NCBI RefSeq assembly: GCF_036321535.1
Contig: NC_087437.1
Span: forward strand, 92,196,001 to 92,260,000
Direction of reading: 5' to 3'
Length of the DNA: 64,000 nt
Source: Camelus dromedarius
Taxonomy: Eukaryota
The position numbers were made by a program, and so were the translations under genes. The notes below the pieces were generated by a model. That model saw only the letters and a list, made by a program, of their open reading frames with translations. It had not been told where the DNA came from and ran no database searches. Below, in pieces: positions 26,215 through 40,245 of the stretch (position 1 is its first letter; the number at the start of each line of letters is the position of its first letter).

Positions 26215-26660
26215 GAGCGCTCTGCCAGAAACTCATCACATCCACAATCCTCCTCCTCCTCTCAGGGACAGAGCATGATGTGTCTGAGCTCTCTTGCCTT
26301 CAGTTGCAACCATGCGGCTAAATTCTCCGCTGTGGAATGTGAATGGAAATAGGATGAGTAAGCTTTGTTGTTTATAATTAAGGTGGTTCCAAGGACATGG
26401 GAACTTCAGTGGTAAAAATAGGAAAGACCCAAGCAAATTGAGATGGGTTCCTCACCCCGAGTGGAAATGACGTTCCCTGCTTTCCAGCCTGCTCTCTAGC
26501 TCTGAACCTCCCACGTGAACTTCTCCATGCACTTTCCCCTCTTTAACTGATGGGCATGGAGAATACTCTGGTGACCTCAACAGCCACAGCTTCACAATGT
26601 TAAAACCTCTGTCAGCCTGGGTCCCTGTGTGACCACTGGAGCAAAGCAACCAGAGACAAG
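26215..26660 (+). mobile_element. Old MaLR/ERVL LTR (MLT1J-like)
   Basis: accatgcggctaaattctccgctgtggaatgtgaatggaa...aacctctgtcagcctgggtccctgtgtgaccactggagcaaagc. Confidence 0.6.
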
Positions 26661-29600
26661 GAGTCTTAAATCTAGAATCTCTAGTCTAGACTTGATACAC
26701 ATGATGGCAATACATTTACTTTCTGAAAAGCTGCTGCGTTTTGTGTGTCTACTTTTTAACCACATCTTATCTTTTCAAAATAAGATAAAATTCTTGAACT
26801 TAAACTACTAACAGTCATGTACATAAAAAAAACAAAAACAAAAGAAATGGAGAGTAGTCTAGGATAAAAAGAACCAAAACAGTAACAAGTTGAACTTTGC
26901 ATTTAGTAATTTAAAATTGAAGTGGAAATTTCTTTCATGGTATATTCAAACATATTTTTAAAAGGACATTTCTAGAGATGCAGGATGAAGAGATGATGGA
27001 TGGAGATAATGACTACTCCTTGATCCCCCAAAATCTGTGCAAAAAAGTACAATTTTGTCTAGATATTTTAAAAATAATAATAAAGAATGAAAATGGGAGA
27101 GTTATAAGGACGCTCTACAGGAAAGTGTATTCTTTTGTTCCTACAATTAAAGCACTGTTAAAACACTGAAAAAGAAAAAAAGTTTTGATTTAAACAAGGA
27201 CTCGTTTTACAAAACCCCTCTTCATTGTGATCTATGGTTCTTTTATTAGCAGCACAAACAAAAAGAGAGTTCAACTGCTTTAAAAAATCATTCATCTTGC
27301 AGTTTTTGTCAACAAACTATGCAATTGTTTTGTGAGAGCAACCTCCTCTGTCTAATGCTATCCATCCTCCTCCCAGTAAGAACGACATAATTCTCATATT
27401 AGTTGTCTCATAAAGTGAAAGCTGTGTCTGAATATGCTGGATATCAGGATGTGCTTCTTAGGATTACAAAGATGGAGCAACTTTAATTCTTCTAATTATT
27501 CTCACAACCACGGGAATTTGATTTATTTATTGTCAAACAATATGGGTATAGTCACTGAAACGTTGGATTTCTCTTCTGTGGCCTGATACAGCCCTAGAAA
27601 ATTTGACTTTGTTTATTTAGAAGAGAGTTTCATAAGGACGTATCACCAAAGAATAATTAAAAGATTATAAGGACTTTTGATGATTCAAAACATGTATTAA
27701 GAATTGATCCACAATCACCTCATATAGTCACTTTCAGATCATTTTTGGTCAAAATTTAACAAATAAAGTTGGTATTTCTTAAGCAGTTGATGGATTTCCT
27801 CTGTCAAACTTCAGATATTTAGCTTTCTTCATAATGAGTAGCTATGGACTATGGAATTATTAATATATGAATATTTTCTTAAAATGCTAAATGCATTAGA
27901 GAGTTATCTAAAAACAAGACAAACAGAACTAGAAATGGAGAAATCTTTTAGAACGATGAAGTCACCACCAGTATACTTTCCTTATCATCAACATTCTAAG
28001 TAGAATCCTTCAGTGAACATTAACTCTATAAAATGTGTTTGCTCCTAGAACATAATTTCTCTCAGATTATCCTGCTGAAAATTTTACCATGAGTCAGGTA
28101 GTACATGAGAGTTGAGCCAGGTTTTTATGTGTATGATTCATGTCCCTGGTAGATTTTCTTTGAATTGATTATGTCCATGTCCATGTTGCACAGTATATCA
28201 GAATATAAATAATACAGCAAAAATCTTTGAACAGTTTTCAAGTTGTAGAAATTATTTAAGAAGCAGAGGCTAAAAATAAGGATGATACATCAAGATAGGT
28301 GAAAGCTTAAAATTTTAAAAAGAATAACACTGCTAACCTGAAAAATAAGCCACTATATTATCAATTAAAATGCCAGGAAAATGTAAAAAATGTATTCAGT
28401 TGCAATCAAAAATCCAATATAAAAGAAAAAGATCATCTATATAGATCAAGATGATAAAGTCTACTTAATTTGGGACTGAGAAAAACAGTTTATTATAATT
28501 AGCCTGGATCCATCAAATATGTTTACCAACATAAAGGAAATCTTAGCATTAGGAAATATAAAAGTACAAATTATAATTTAATATTGAGTACAAATTTCTC
28601 TCTCTCTCTCTATATATATATGTAAACAAACCATGATGAAAATGTAAAGTTCAGAAAGATTAACTGGAAATAAAGAGCTCACAGCTAGCAAAAATATATC
28701 AGCACATATTTGAAAAGAAGTATTTTATATTTGCTAAGAGATTTTAGATGTTTTAGGTAGAAAGTCTTAATTTCATCTAAAACAAATATAAAGTTAGAAT
28801 AACAAAGCCATATTCTGAAAAATTATGATTTTACTACAGCCCTTCCTTATAAAATAGACTGTGTTTAGAAATTTCATTTTTCTTTCTGCTGTTTACTTCT
28901 CAATAACAAAGTCAAACAACATAGATGTAACAACATTTCTCTGCAACCTGAAAAGTTGAATGGCCTCTGAAATAATGGTTGCAAAAGTTCATTTGCATAT
29001 TTACATTATAATATGACTGATCACAGTAATATATATTATGGATACCATCTAGGGTGCAATATCACTAATTAAGCCTCATCTTAAACCCTAACAAATACAT
29101 TCCATTGGGTTTAACTTCATTATGTCTAAGTTGATCCTCCATAAATTAAAATACAACCAAATTACAGATAATTCTACTAGTGTATGTGATAATTAAGATC
29201 AAATATTAAAATACAATAATTAATATAAATAATGATATTTTATGAAAAGAAAAACTGTGACATGGAGCTTCTTTTATTATATAGAGATACTTCTGTAAAT
29301 TAACTAGTTAAATTATATGTAAACTTGATGTAGCTGGCTTTCATAGTTGAAGTGTGAAACATTAGCATACGCTTGTTCCTTAGCAATGTGAATTTACACA
29401 CTTTCTCTCTTGACACAGTATCATATTTTGCTCCAACAAAATTGCCTTTAGATGTAAAACGCCAACATAAATATTGAAAGAGAGGAAAGGTGTACATAGC
29501 TTTCTGAAGAATTTATATATAGATAATCAGGCTGGATAACAGAAATCTAAGGAATCATTTTCTTCCTCAAAAGCCATGTGTTTTCCTGAACTCATCTAGA

Positions 29601-30619
29601 TAATTGCCTTAATTTTCCTCTGATTTTGTAAAGATACTACAGAATTTTTGTGAACCATTTAGTCACAAAGGAAAAAAAAAACTGACCTTTTAAAATTCAG
29701 TGTAGCTCTTTAAATCAGAGTGCATCTAAATATTTTAGCTTTCCAAATGTGTTTGGTCAGAAGAAAATTATCCTTATTGAAACCCATTTTTCAATCAAAA
29801 GAGTCAAAAAGAATGTGACAGCCCTAAAAGACTGGGATATTTTTGGATAGTAAGTGATTATGAATGTTAAATGATTATTTTTAGGAGATAGAAGCATTGC
29901 ATTACAGCTCACATGTTTATTAATTATTTTCCTTAAAATATTTGATATAATTACAATTCCTCAGATAGGTTAATACTCTATTAAGACAAAACAAAACACT
30001 TTTCCTAAACCTAAACCAGGGGCCAGACACGGTGCCATGGACTGGCACAGGAGGGAGTGTATGTGGATGAGGGGAAGGATAAGATATGGAGAGCAAGAAC
30101 TTAGAAACATAAAAGTTTTCTCAGAAAAAGATCACAATTGTATTTATTGTTTACATTAGCATGTTCTTGGAGAATAGTAGGTAGGTAGAGCACTCACTTA
30201 ATCCTTCTTTTAGCCTTATTTTCAAAGATTGTATTATTTGAAGTCAAGTTTACAAAATGATTCCTTTGGACACTTTTATGGAGATATTTACCAAATTAAA
30301 TATGATGTAATGGAATAATTCCATGTCTTCTGCCAGTAAGACTTTAAGTAAATGTAAATAGTATGAAACTTCATAGCTCCAACTGAAATATCCCCTTTAT
30401 ATATTGTTGAATTATATTAAATAATCACATGTATGTTTAGTGATTAATATAATTATCAATGAATTAATGTAGAAAAATTTCAAACTTCCCTTTCTCTTTC
30501 ACTAATTTCAAAATATAAAGAATTTAAGTAGCATTTCAATTATAGAAGTATTTTGGGGTTTTTTTGCCTCAAATAAATAAATGAAAAATATCTCTGCATC
30601 TAAACTTCTGAATCAGTTA

Positions 30620-31230
30620 TAGTTCTCCTGCAAATAAAGCTATCTCTGGACAAAAAGGAACAAATTAAAAGCTGTGAGTTTTTTTTTCCCTCCCTCTATA
30701 AAGTCCAATGCAGGAAAAAACCTTAGTTAACACAACTGGCTACAATCCAAAAGGAAAAAAATTCTAGATGGACTTATATAATGTTAAAAAAAAAAAAACC
30801 AACTAAATAAAAGTTAGTAAAAGAAGATGTAGGTAAATATTCATTCAGCCTCAGAAGAAGAAGGGAACTTCTCTATGTAGAATCAAGAACAACACAATTC
30901 TGTTTGGGTCCACAAAAATATTAACTATACATTAGAACACTGAAAATAAAAACAGAAGATGAACAAAGAAAAATACTTGCAAAATAGATGTACTACATTA
31001 AAATTTTGCTAATTAAATATATATCATAAATAGTTATTAAAATAATAATAATATAAACCTCAATTGAAATAAAGCAAAGATGTAAAGAAAAAACTGACAT
31101 TACCAGCAATGAAAAAAAAATATTTTGTAGTTATCTTATATTAAATCAATACATTTAAAACCAATAAAAATGTTTTTAAATATAAAACTCATGTCAAGGG
31201 CAATAGCAAAATAAGTAAGTGGATAAACAT
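30620..31230 (+). mobile_element. Ancient, highly decayed L1 ORF2 fragment
   Basis: aattctagatggacttatataatgttaaaa...taaaagttagtaaaagaagatgtaggtaaatattc...aaaatacttgcaaa...aacctcaattgaaataaagcaaagatgtaaagaa. Confidence 0.5.
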
Positions 31231-31919
31231 CTTGAGTTTCTCATACAACAAAAGGAGGGCAGATGAAAAGTGCCTTAAAATTAGATCATTATTCAACCTG
31301 TTCTTCTAGAGTTATGAAAGACCTCCACATTTTACCCTTGGTTTCTTAATCATCCATTTGTTAACAACATTGCTATTTTAGGCTTCAGTAGATATTACCA
31401 GTTGCTTGGAACTAGGAAATAATCTGTTCTCCTGACCACCAGCTAAAGAGATAAATAGACAGGTCTCTAAAGGAGTTATCTTCTTGCTAAGCCTGCTTTA
31501 CTAACCATTCTAACAAAATCCAGCAGTTTATGTTTAGAATGTGCATTTACTTCTTTATGAAGAAATAGTTCTTCTGCATTTTCTTAATAATAGTGGTAGA
31601 TCCAAAGTTAATGTTCTTTTGGAAGGCAAGGAAGCCATGCCTCTGAGGGCTAGAAACTCAGGACAGGTATGTTTCAATGCCAGGCACACAAGAATGAAAA
31701 TGAGAAATCTTTAGTGCTGCGGCAGAGCCAAGGTGGCAGGAAGGATGTCCAGATCCTGGATGATATAGAGCCTGAGATAAAGGATTAATGAGAGAGGTAG
31801 TATGCTACAGCTTCAAGAACACAGTGAAAGGAAACACCAGTTTCATTTCACACAACCTTAGGTATAGTGATTAATTTTCCCTAGGTTTTTCTATTCACAT
31901 GGAAAACATATATAGTAAC

Positions 31920-32140
31920 AGTCAGCTTGGCGTAATGATTATGAGCATAAAACTCCAAGCCAGAAGGCCTGGGTTCAAACACAGTCTCTACTGCTTACTA
32001 CCAGAATGACTTTGGGCACAACTTAAGCTCTTTGTACATCAGTTTCCTTCTTCATGACATGAGATAATGATAAAAGTATTTCACAAAGTCCTGGAAGAAT
32101 ACTGGCACACATTAAGCACTCAAACTACATTAGCTATTTT
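31920..32140 (+). mobile_element. MIR
   Basis: agccagaaggcctgggttcaaacacagtctctactgcttactacc...tgactttgggca...cagtttcctt...ctggcacacattaagcactcaa...attagctatt. Confidence 0.85.
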
Positions 32141-32155
32141 AATTAGCTATTTTAT

Positions 32156-32243
32156 TATCTATTTCAATTTCTCCTCAGTCTCTGTTTCATTAATTTCTGT
32201 TCTGACCTTTATCATTTCCTTTATTCTACTAACTTAAAAAAAA
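32156..32243 (-). mobile_element. About 80-bp internal L1 ORF2 fragment (antisense) with plus-strand A-tract, flanked by direct repeats
   Basis: The reverse complement aagttagtagaataaaggaaatgataaaggtcagaacagaaattaatgaaacagagact corresponds to the ORF2 'SRRKEIIKIRAEINEIE'-type region. tagctattttat occurs at 32144-32155 and 32244-32255. Confidence 0.75.
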
Positions 32244-32894
32244 TAGCTATTTTATGAGTCATCTTGGTCAGAAGACTTCTTGACATTGCTTTCAATTCAT
32301 GATCAATATTTCTATGATTTGAGAAATTAATACAACATTAGGATGCATTTCTGGGAAGTCAAAGGGAGTGATCATCCAACAAGGAATTATCAATGAAGTT
32401 TGCCTACATTTTTTGTCTAGGCATAGTTTTGACTTAAGTGATGGGACAATGCGCTAACTTAAATGCTATAATACTGGTTTACTCAAACTGACTTTATGCT
32501 CTGGAGATGAGAAATGCTGCAGTTGAGCTTTTGCTAAGCTACTATTTCAATGCAGTACAGTTTCCTAGGTGGTTTCAGAAATCACAATATGCTTCTGCCC
32601 AAAGTCTCAAGGTTACACAGAAAGGGAAGCTGAGATATAGAAAAGTTATTTTTGTTCCCTGAAAAAATAAAACATAGGATATCAACATTGAATTGGTTTC
32701 TCAGCTTCAATTATAATCTCATAGTGAGACTTGAAGACATTACTATTTAGATAACACTTAGGTTCATAAGGGTGTTTTATTTTCTAGTCAACAGAAACAG
32801 CCAGTGCCTAAAGAAAATTGAACATTCCTCAAGATATAATTTAAATCATCTTTAACTATAATATATATTTCTTTTCCTCATGGATTCCAAGAGA

Positions 32895-32992
32895 TGCTTA
32901 TTTATTAGGTTTGAAGGACCTATGCATATACATTTTCAGCAGTTCCCCAGAAGTTTCTCATCTGTACCCCTGGTTGGAAACAATGCCCTATT
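32895..32992. mobile_element. MER5-like hAT fragment
   Basis: tgcatatacattttcagcagttccccagaagtttctcatctgtacccctggttggaaacaatgccct. Confidence 0.5.
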
Positions 32993-35800
32993 TGATTTGC
33001 TTCAAACCCACTGAGACCTTATTATAATTTATTGACTCATGCCTGCATTAGAAATATCTTAACTATTTTCAGTTTTATTATGTATAGATACACTTTGCGG
33101 GCAATTCCTATCACTTTTACTCCCATGTCTCCTGTCTATTTTCAAAGGAACCAGTGAAAAACCTTTTTTTTTTTCCTTTTTCACTCTGCATGCCATTGTT
33201 TTGACACTTTGCAGCTACAGTTTGAAAGATACTAAATGTACGTCAGTGGGCAGAAAGGCTACAAATAACCACTGTTTGTATCTTGTTTACAAGAAAAGCT
33301 CTATTTAGGAAAAAAAAATATATTTAAAATATATCATCACAAGAGAGTAAGTTGCATAGTTCTGAAATACACTCCAAAGACAATGGTGGGGTGTATGTAC
33401 CTTCAGAAGCAGCATTAATTTGAGAGTAATCTCTGATTGAGTTGGTAAGCCAGTAAGCCAAAATGGAGATGCAATCATAAACATCTCTTAAATTTGTCAC
33501 TGTATTGTTGTAAATGTACTTTGAAAATTATTAAAATGTTCCAAGAACCAGAAACAGCAAAACAATTATTATAAATGTTAGATGAAAACAATTAACTTGA
33601 CCTGATTGAAAGCTATTATGGGAATATACTGAAATGGCTCTGAATATTAGAAATAGCTTTAATTTTTTTAGATTAATGCTTTGTAAATATAACTTATTTA
33701 GTTAATAAATTTTCAAATAATATTTGTCAAAAGTGTTTCTTAAAAGAGAAATTAGGAAAACACTAAATATAATTTATAGTGCAGAAATTTTCAGAGATTA
33801 TATATTTCTTTGACCACAAATCACACTTTTAAAGAATGTTAGATAATGGAATATATCCTAAATTTCCATTATTTGATGAAACTCATTCTATTTTTATAGA
33901 TTTTTGTGATAATAGTAGTTCAAGGAATGAAACTTTGGTACATTTAGATTTATACAGAAAGAAGACACAAAATAACCTATGAGATTCACATGCCAAAAAA
34001 ATAAAAGAATAAATTTTATTTGCCAGTATTGAAATTGTAGACTTTGAATAAAATGAAAGCCTGTTTTACATTTGACAGTGACTAAAACTGACTGACAAAC
34101 AATGCGGTGCAACTCTTCTGTATAAAACTAAAAATCTTCTGTCATCAATTTTATAATAATTTGGTATTGCTTTACTTTTTAATTATAATAAAATGATCTC
34201 TAAAATGTCTATTAGCATTTACATATAATTGATTTTGAAGATCAGATTATTATGCTTAAGAATAAAATTATTTTTAGCTTTATATTTAAAAATACACATG
34301 CTTTAAGATATGATAATAGGTGCAAATCTCCTGTCTAGTGTAGGTTAAATATTTTACAAAGCTAAGTAAAATGCATTTAAATTAGAAATCAGAATTTGAC
34401 TTGTGGATTTCTGGGAAAACAATTTGATATGCTCATAATGATGTCCTCAGAATACTTAAAGAAAATATCACATTTGATGAGAACTACATAGTGACTATCA
34501 TAAGTTAATATTTTTAAAACCAAAAAATATTAAAAGGTAGAAGGAAGAAATGATATGGGATTTCACTTTACTAGATGAACAAAATAAAGTACCTATCTTA
34601 TTAAAAACAGTTCTATTCAGTTTTTTTTTTCCCTTACGTTACACAGTGATGCAATTACTCCAAACTTTCAAATTTATGACAAATTCTTGATAAAGTAATA
34701 GAATCATCGAAAACCTCATTCAGGCTTATTGTTTTACTTATACGTTTTAATAATTTCAGAGCAGATTATAAAAGTAAGTACTAAGAAAACTTTTTCATTT
34801 AATTTTTCATTCATTCATGTAAAAATGATTAAGTCAGATACAAATGTCTTCAAGGAGCTTATTTTTTTTAAGAGAGATGAGATATATTATTTTTGAATAA
34901 TACTCTGTGTCTGGCACTGTGTAAGGCATTGGAGGTACAATTTTTTTTTTTTTAATTAAAGATACAGCCACTCAGATTGAAGGATTTATCCAATTTTACT
35001 AAAAATTCAAGAGATATTAGATTAGTTGTAGTAAAAATGATAATGGGTTAACTGTGCCAAGATATTTGTGGTCCTAAGTACACATATACTTTTATTGGCA
35101 AAATTACACAAATTTTTACTCTTCTCATATCCTGAAAATTTATAGCTGTTTTACCTTGTCATTTCATTTCTGCAAAGTGTGAAATTAAAATGAGCAACAC
35201 ACAGAGCTTTAAAATACTATGTGTTTTCATTACAAGTTCTAGTGTATCCTTTACCAGTTAGATGAAATTGAAGAATTGGTTTAACCTAAGCCCCAGTTCA
35301 TTTGTCCAATGAGGCAGGAGTATTAATGGAGACCTGGTTGCTGTATGTCTGGTTTAAAAGTAATAAATCAAATTAAAAATTTGTTAAATGACATTTCTAT
35401 CCTTCTACCATCATAAACACAGCACACCTTCATCACAACTTGCAAGGCCAGGTTTCAGTTTAAAATTCTGAAGACTCTTAAGAGTTCTATGCCATTTGTA
35501 GTGTGTCAAAGAAGATGGTCCTCAGCCCATCTCACTTCTCTTTGGACACCTAGTTCTGCCCACAGTGGCACAAATCAGCTACCTCTTCACCATCACATGG
35601 ACTGAGAGTTGTGCACTCCAACTCTGGCATCATAGCACGTGGGAGAATGGACGTCAGTAAGACGCCCACACAAGCCTTGGAAGTCGGCACTGGGCATTTT
35701 GGACAGAAGATTTCAGAGTCCAGATTTACTCAGAGCATAGTCTAGAACGAGAAATATGAGCTACGGGTGCCCACATACTACTGAGCCTTCAGACTCCTTG

Positions 35801-36443
35801 GTTGTCGGTGATTAGGTTCCTGTCTCATTGCAGAAAGAATTCAGAGATGAGACATGAAGGATAAGAAAGTAAAGTGAGGATTTATTAAGGGATAGATAGT
35901 ACATTCTCAAGGGGAGAGCAGGCAGGCTCATGTGAGCAGCTGCCCTGAGTTTTCTTGGCAAGTTGGTTACATAGAGTGTAAAAATAAATGGGCAGAATAC
36001 TCATTAGAGTTAAAAGCATTTAGGATTGTATTCCCTGATTTTTATCCCAACTCCACCTTCTTAAAGGAAGAAGGGATTTTTGTCCTTATTTAGTCTGGAT
36101 CAGAAGTGTCATGGCATCAGTCCATGATGGGTACTTCTAATCTGTAGGTCTAATTTTATTGAAATGAGGGCATAATGAACAAGAGGTTACATTAAAAAAC
36201 TGGAGATTCCTGCCTTTTCCCACTTTTTGTGTTGATCTCCCGATACCTGTCACCCCAAAATGTGTGATTTTTTTTATCAGTGCAGAGGTTTCTGCTTTTC
36301 TTTGTCTGCCATGGACCCCTGTTGTTTACATGATGTATGGTTTCCTGCATTTGGCCCGTGCCCGTCCTTTCTTGCCCAGTTCCTGCCATTCAGCCTGCGT
36401 CCCCCTCTCTCTGCTCATATCTGGCTATCTGCCTGCTCTAACA
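35801..36443 (-). mobile_element. Solo LTR, ERV1-class
   Basis: Antisense poly(A) signal tttatt at 35881; ends ctctaaca; 4-bp direct repeat cttg at 35797-35800 and 36444-36447; GC-richer than its flanks. Confidence 0.82.
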
Positions 36444-37324
36444 CTTGCACTGTGGAAAGGTGTATGTCAGAGGAGGGACAGAATGGAGCCTGGTAAAGCA
36501 CAGGTCCCAGAGTATAGATGCCCTGCTAAAACTGGTGATGACCATACTTAGCTCAAGGTATGTTTGGAATAATAAATTAGATAATGGATGCAAAACGTTT
36601 GCTATAGAGTATTATTCACATTAAATATTTATCAAATAGCAGCTTATTTTAACACCAGATTTATGTAGATGTGTGTTATTTGTCTTATGTCTGAATAACT
36701 GTCTTTAAACATCTATGTTTATTTTTTATTTTTAGCCTCTAGCTATAAGATATAGGACATGACAGAATAAAACTTATAAGAAAATGTCTGGATTTTGATT
36801 TTGTAAGAAAACAGGCATAAAAATTCAATATATGAGAGAATTTCTTGAAGAAAATAAAGCTCTTTACATGTCATCAAAATGTTCTAATTGCCTGTTTAGA
36901 GAAAATAAACCATTATTGTTCATTCAAAATATACAACTATGAGATCAGATTTGAAATACTTCATCAGAGCATGAGAAAACTGCACATTATTTTTATTTCA
37001 TGCTATTTTCAATTGATCAAGTGTTTTTATAACAGATTATTTTATTTTCATCCATTCTGCTTTTTAAATATTTTGCAAAGAAAAAAACACTTATTTTATT
37101 AGTTACGATGTGCTAAGAGCAATGATGGTTATTTCTCATCTATGCTTGATGTCTATCTTGATTTTTTGGCAGTTTTGCTACATCTTGTTGGGTACTCACA
37201 GACCCAAACTGATGAAGCCTCCCTTCTCCAGGACACAGAAAGATTTGCAACTTGTATATCAGTTCCTAAAATTTCATTGGCAAAGAAAGACATATGGCCA
37301 AAGCTAGGTTTAAGAGGACAGAGA

Positions 37325-37791
37325 TCTGTCATCCTACTGTGTCACTTAACTACAGCCAGAGTAAACACACGAACAATGAGCTTATAATTTGTGGATCTGC
37401 TGGGTGCTGGCAGATCTAGGCTGGGCTTGGCTGGATGGCTCTGTTGTTTACATTTGGGCTCACTTCTATCTCAGACTTGAGCTCTGACTCAAGACACTTG
37501 TCTTGCTTTTCCTGGGGCACAGAACTGCTCAGGCACATTCTGCTCATGATAATGGTAAAAGTGTAAGAAGGCAAGCAGATATAGGAAAGTCTTTGTAACA
37601 CCTAGACTTGGAACTGGCACAATGAGATTTCTATTTTATACAAATGTCCAAAGCAAATCATAAGGCCAAACACAATTCAAGGGCAAAAAAATTGATCTAC
37701 CTCTTTAACAGGAGAAATGGTGACATCACATGGCAAAAGTCCCAGATACATGGAGGGATGAAAAATGTCAACCACTTTTGCAAACTACCAC
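37325..37791 (-). mobile_element. MaLR LTR (MLT1I/J/K-like)
   Basis: ggctgggcttggctggatggctc...ttggaactggcacaatgagatttc...ccaaagcaaatcataaggccaaa...catcacatggcaaaag...tttgcaaactaccaca. Confidence 0.8.
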
Positions 37792-38399
37792 ACTTACCAT
37801 ATGCCCAATGGAGAGAAGTAGAAATAATTGCCAATATCCTTTCACCTAGCACAGTGGACTTTTTTCATATTAACTGTAAGTATTAAAATTTACTCACCAG
37901 TTTCAAGTAAAAATATTTCCAATAAAATAAGAAATGTATCCTTAATTTAAAGAATAACTTTTTACATATTGATAAAAAAATATAATTTTTACATAATTAA
38001 GTATATAGAATGGTGGTAAGTTTATCTCATTCAGTTCCCCTTTGCAAATGGCAAAAATCCTGACTCTCATAGGCTTCTGATCTATGATAAATCAGTTTCT
38101 TTTGTAATCCATGACACCTTCTAAAACGAATATGATAAAGATTGTCCCCTTGTGGGACTCTTCTTTAATAGGCCACTGACTGGGGCCTGGAAATGTAAAT
38201 CTGTCTAATAATAAGTGTGCTGCCTATCTCTTGATCTCAGCATTGTGACCTCTGCCCAGGGATGATCAAAACCATGGCCAGTGGGTGACTGGACACCATT
38301 ATTCTCCCATTGCCCATATGCTGTATTTCATCAGCATTCTTTTTGGTGATGAAGGCAAACTTTATCTGGTATATCAACCTTTATGAGCAGAAAGTTGGC

Positions 38400-39306
38400 T
38401 GGGAAAGATACTCAAACCTAAGGATAGCATAATCTCCAATATCTTCTTCAGATTTGCCCCAAGAAGATAGCTGAAAAAGAGGACTCTTCCAGAGGGAAAA
38501 ACCAAGAGCTAATCAGAGGGGGCAAAATCTGGGCATTATAACAAAAAAATATATTTTATACCACTGAGAGAGAGGGTCCTCAAAACATCTGCCCAGCAGT
38601 ACTTTAGATTTGCTATGGGTTTCTGACTATTGTTTACCCTTTTATGAAATAAAGCCTAGTATTTATGGTGGTCCTTGGCCCTCATGGACCATTCTATTTT
38701 CTCATATTTTAGTTCTTAGGTATACAGATCAAGCAGAGCTTCATCCAGTCCAATGTATAAATAATCATGAAATTCTAGAGTTTGAATTTGAGGCTTGATG
38801 GTGTGGAAATTTTAGAGCATCCTCTATGAATTTGTGTAAATATGTTTTGCATGTAGAGGCAGGAAGTGGATATATGGAAGTGAAATGTTTGACAGTAGAT
38901 GATACTCTTGTTTACAGCTATTTATTTCCTTCCCACAAAAGAGGATATATATCCCTGTCCATTCCCACCTCCATGTAAGTAATATACCCCCTGCCTTGTG
39001 GGCATCTGACTTGATTTTCTGGCCAATGGGAAACAGAAAGTGGAAGGAAGTTAAGCCATATCCAATCAGAAGGGCCATTATATGGCTTATTCATGTCTCT
39101 TTTCCTTCTGCCACAAAACTAAGGTAAAGGCTATATCCTTAGCTTGAATTCTGAGTTAAAGGATAAGTGAATTAGAGCTACAAAGCTGCAGCCAACATGT
39201 ACTAGCAAGTCACATGAGTGAGCTGCAAATATTTGTTAAATGTATGGCTTTGAAATTTAGAGATTGTTTGTGACCATACCCTTACTTAATAAAAACAGAC
39301 TAAAAC
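38400..39306 (+). mobile_element. MaLR internal 3' remnant plus MLT1 LTR
   Basis: The internal-like segment ends atgttttgcatgtagagg; LTR motifs tgacttgattttctggccaatgggaa...cacatgagtgag...tgaaatttagagattgtttgt...acagactaaaac. Confidence 0.65.
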
Positions 39307-40044
39307 CCCTTGCCTCTTTATAAAATAAAATCATCTCCGTAATTAGTACTACTTTCAAGAGAACATGTCACTTTCCAAAACTTCACACAAAAAAATCAAA
39401 AACTGAAACGAAAACAAACTGGTATCATGACTGTTCTCTACGCAGTATTCTGGTGCTATAGTTGGAGTAGACACAGGGCTCTGAGCTCCCAGGTACTACA
39501 GACAATAGCAACATGATTATCTTGTTAGTGGATGAAAATTATTTTCTCTTATAAAAAGAAGTTTTTTCTTTAGTCCAACTTAATCTCAGCCAGTTTCACA
39601 TTTTGACACATATCATTTACAATTAAAATAATGATAATGCAGATACTTGGAAAATTGATGTAAAAATGCATGATAAACAACATGGATAACTTTTTGGTAA
39701 CTGAGAAAGCCAAATTATAAGTGATCTTTAAATACTTTTGAGTCAGATGTAATATTCCTTCGTATCAACTAAAGAAAGTTCTTTCATTTTCTCATCTCTT
39801 AAAATTAGACATATTTTAATATCTAAACTCTAGTCTATTTTTTACCCTAGTAGATTTTCCCTGTTATATTAGATCTTATATGACATTGCCCATTCTATTT
39901 TTATGTTTGTACTACTGTATTATTTTTTCTTATTATGCTTGTCTAAGAAATTAATGTTTTTGGCCTATGATGGAAATCTAAGCTCTCAAATTCAGGAGGA
40001 ATGTTTCTATTATAACTTGCTGACAAATTACTTGACTTTAAAAT

Positions 40045-40245
40045 ATATCACTTGGGTCCAATTTCATGCACTGAAAAGGCATGAGACGTTGACAGAAATT
40101 TTATTTGGAAACTAAGTCATTTTCTCTTTAAAATGGAGATATTTAAATCCAGCTCTTGGGATGGTACGATGAGAAGCAAATGATAAAATGTTTCTCAAAG
40201 AACTAGTTTTGTGTCTGATATGTGATGAGTCTTCCTTTTTGTAAA
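40045..40245 (+). mobile_element. MIR fragment
   Basis: cattttctctttaaaatggagatatt...tcttgggatggtacgatgagaagcaaatgataaaatg. Confidence 0.55.

Noticed and set aside
7355..36443. Two related same-orientation LTRs as the ends of one provirus
   Set aside because: They are 28 kb apart, differ in length and sequence, each has its own candidate TSD, and no gag/pol/env lies between them.
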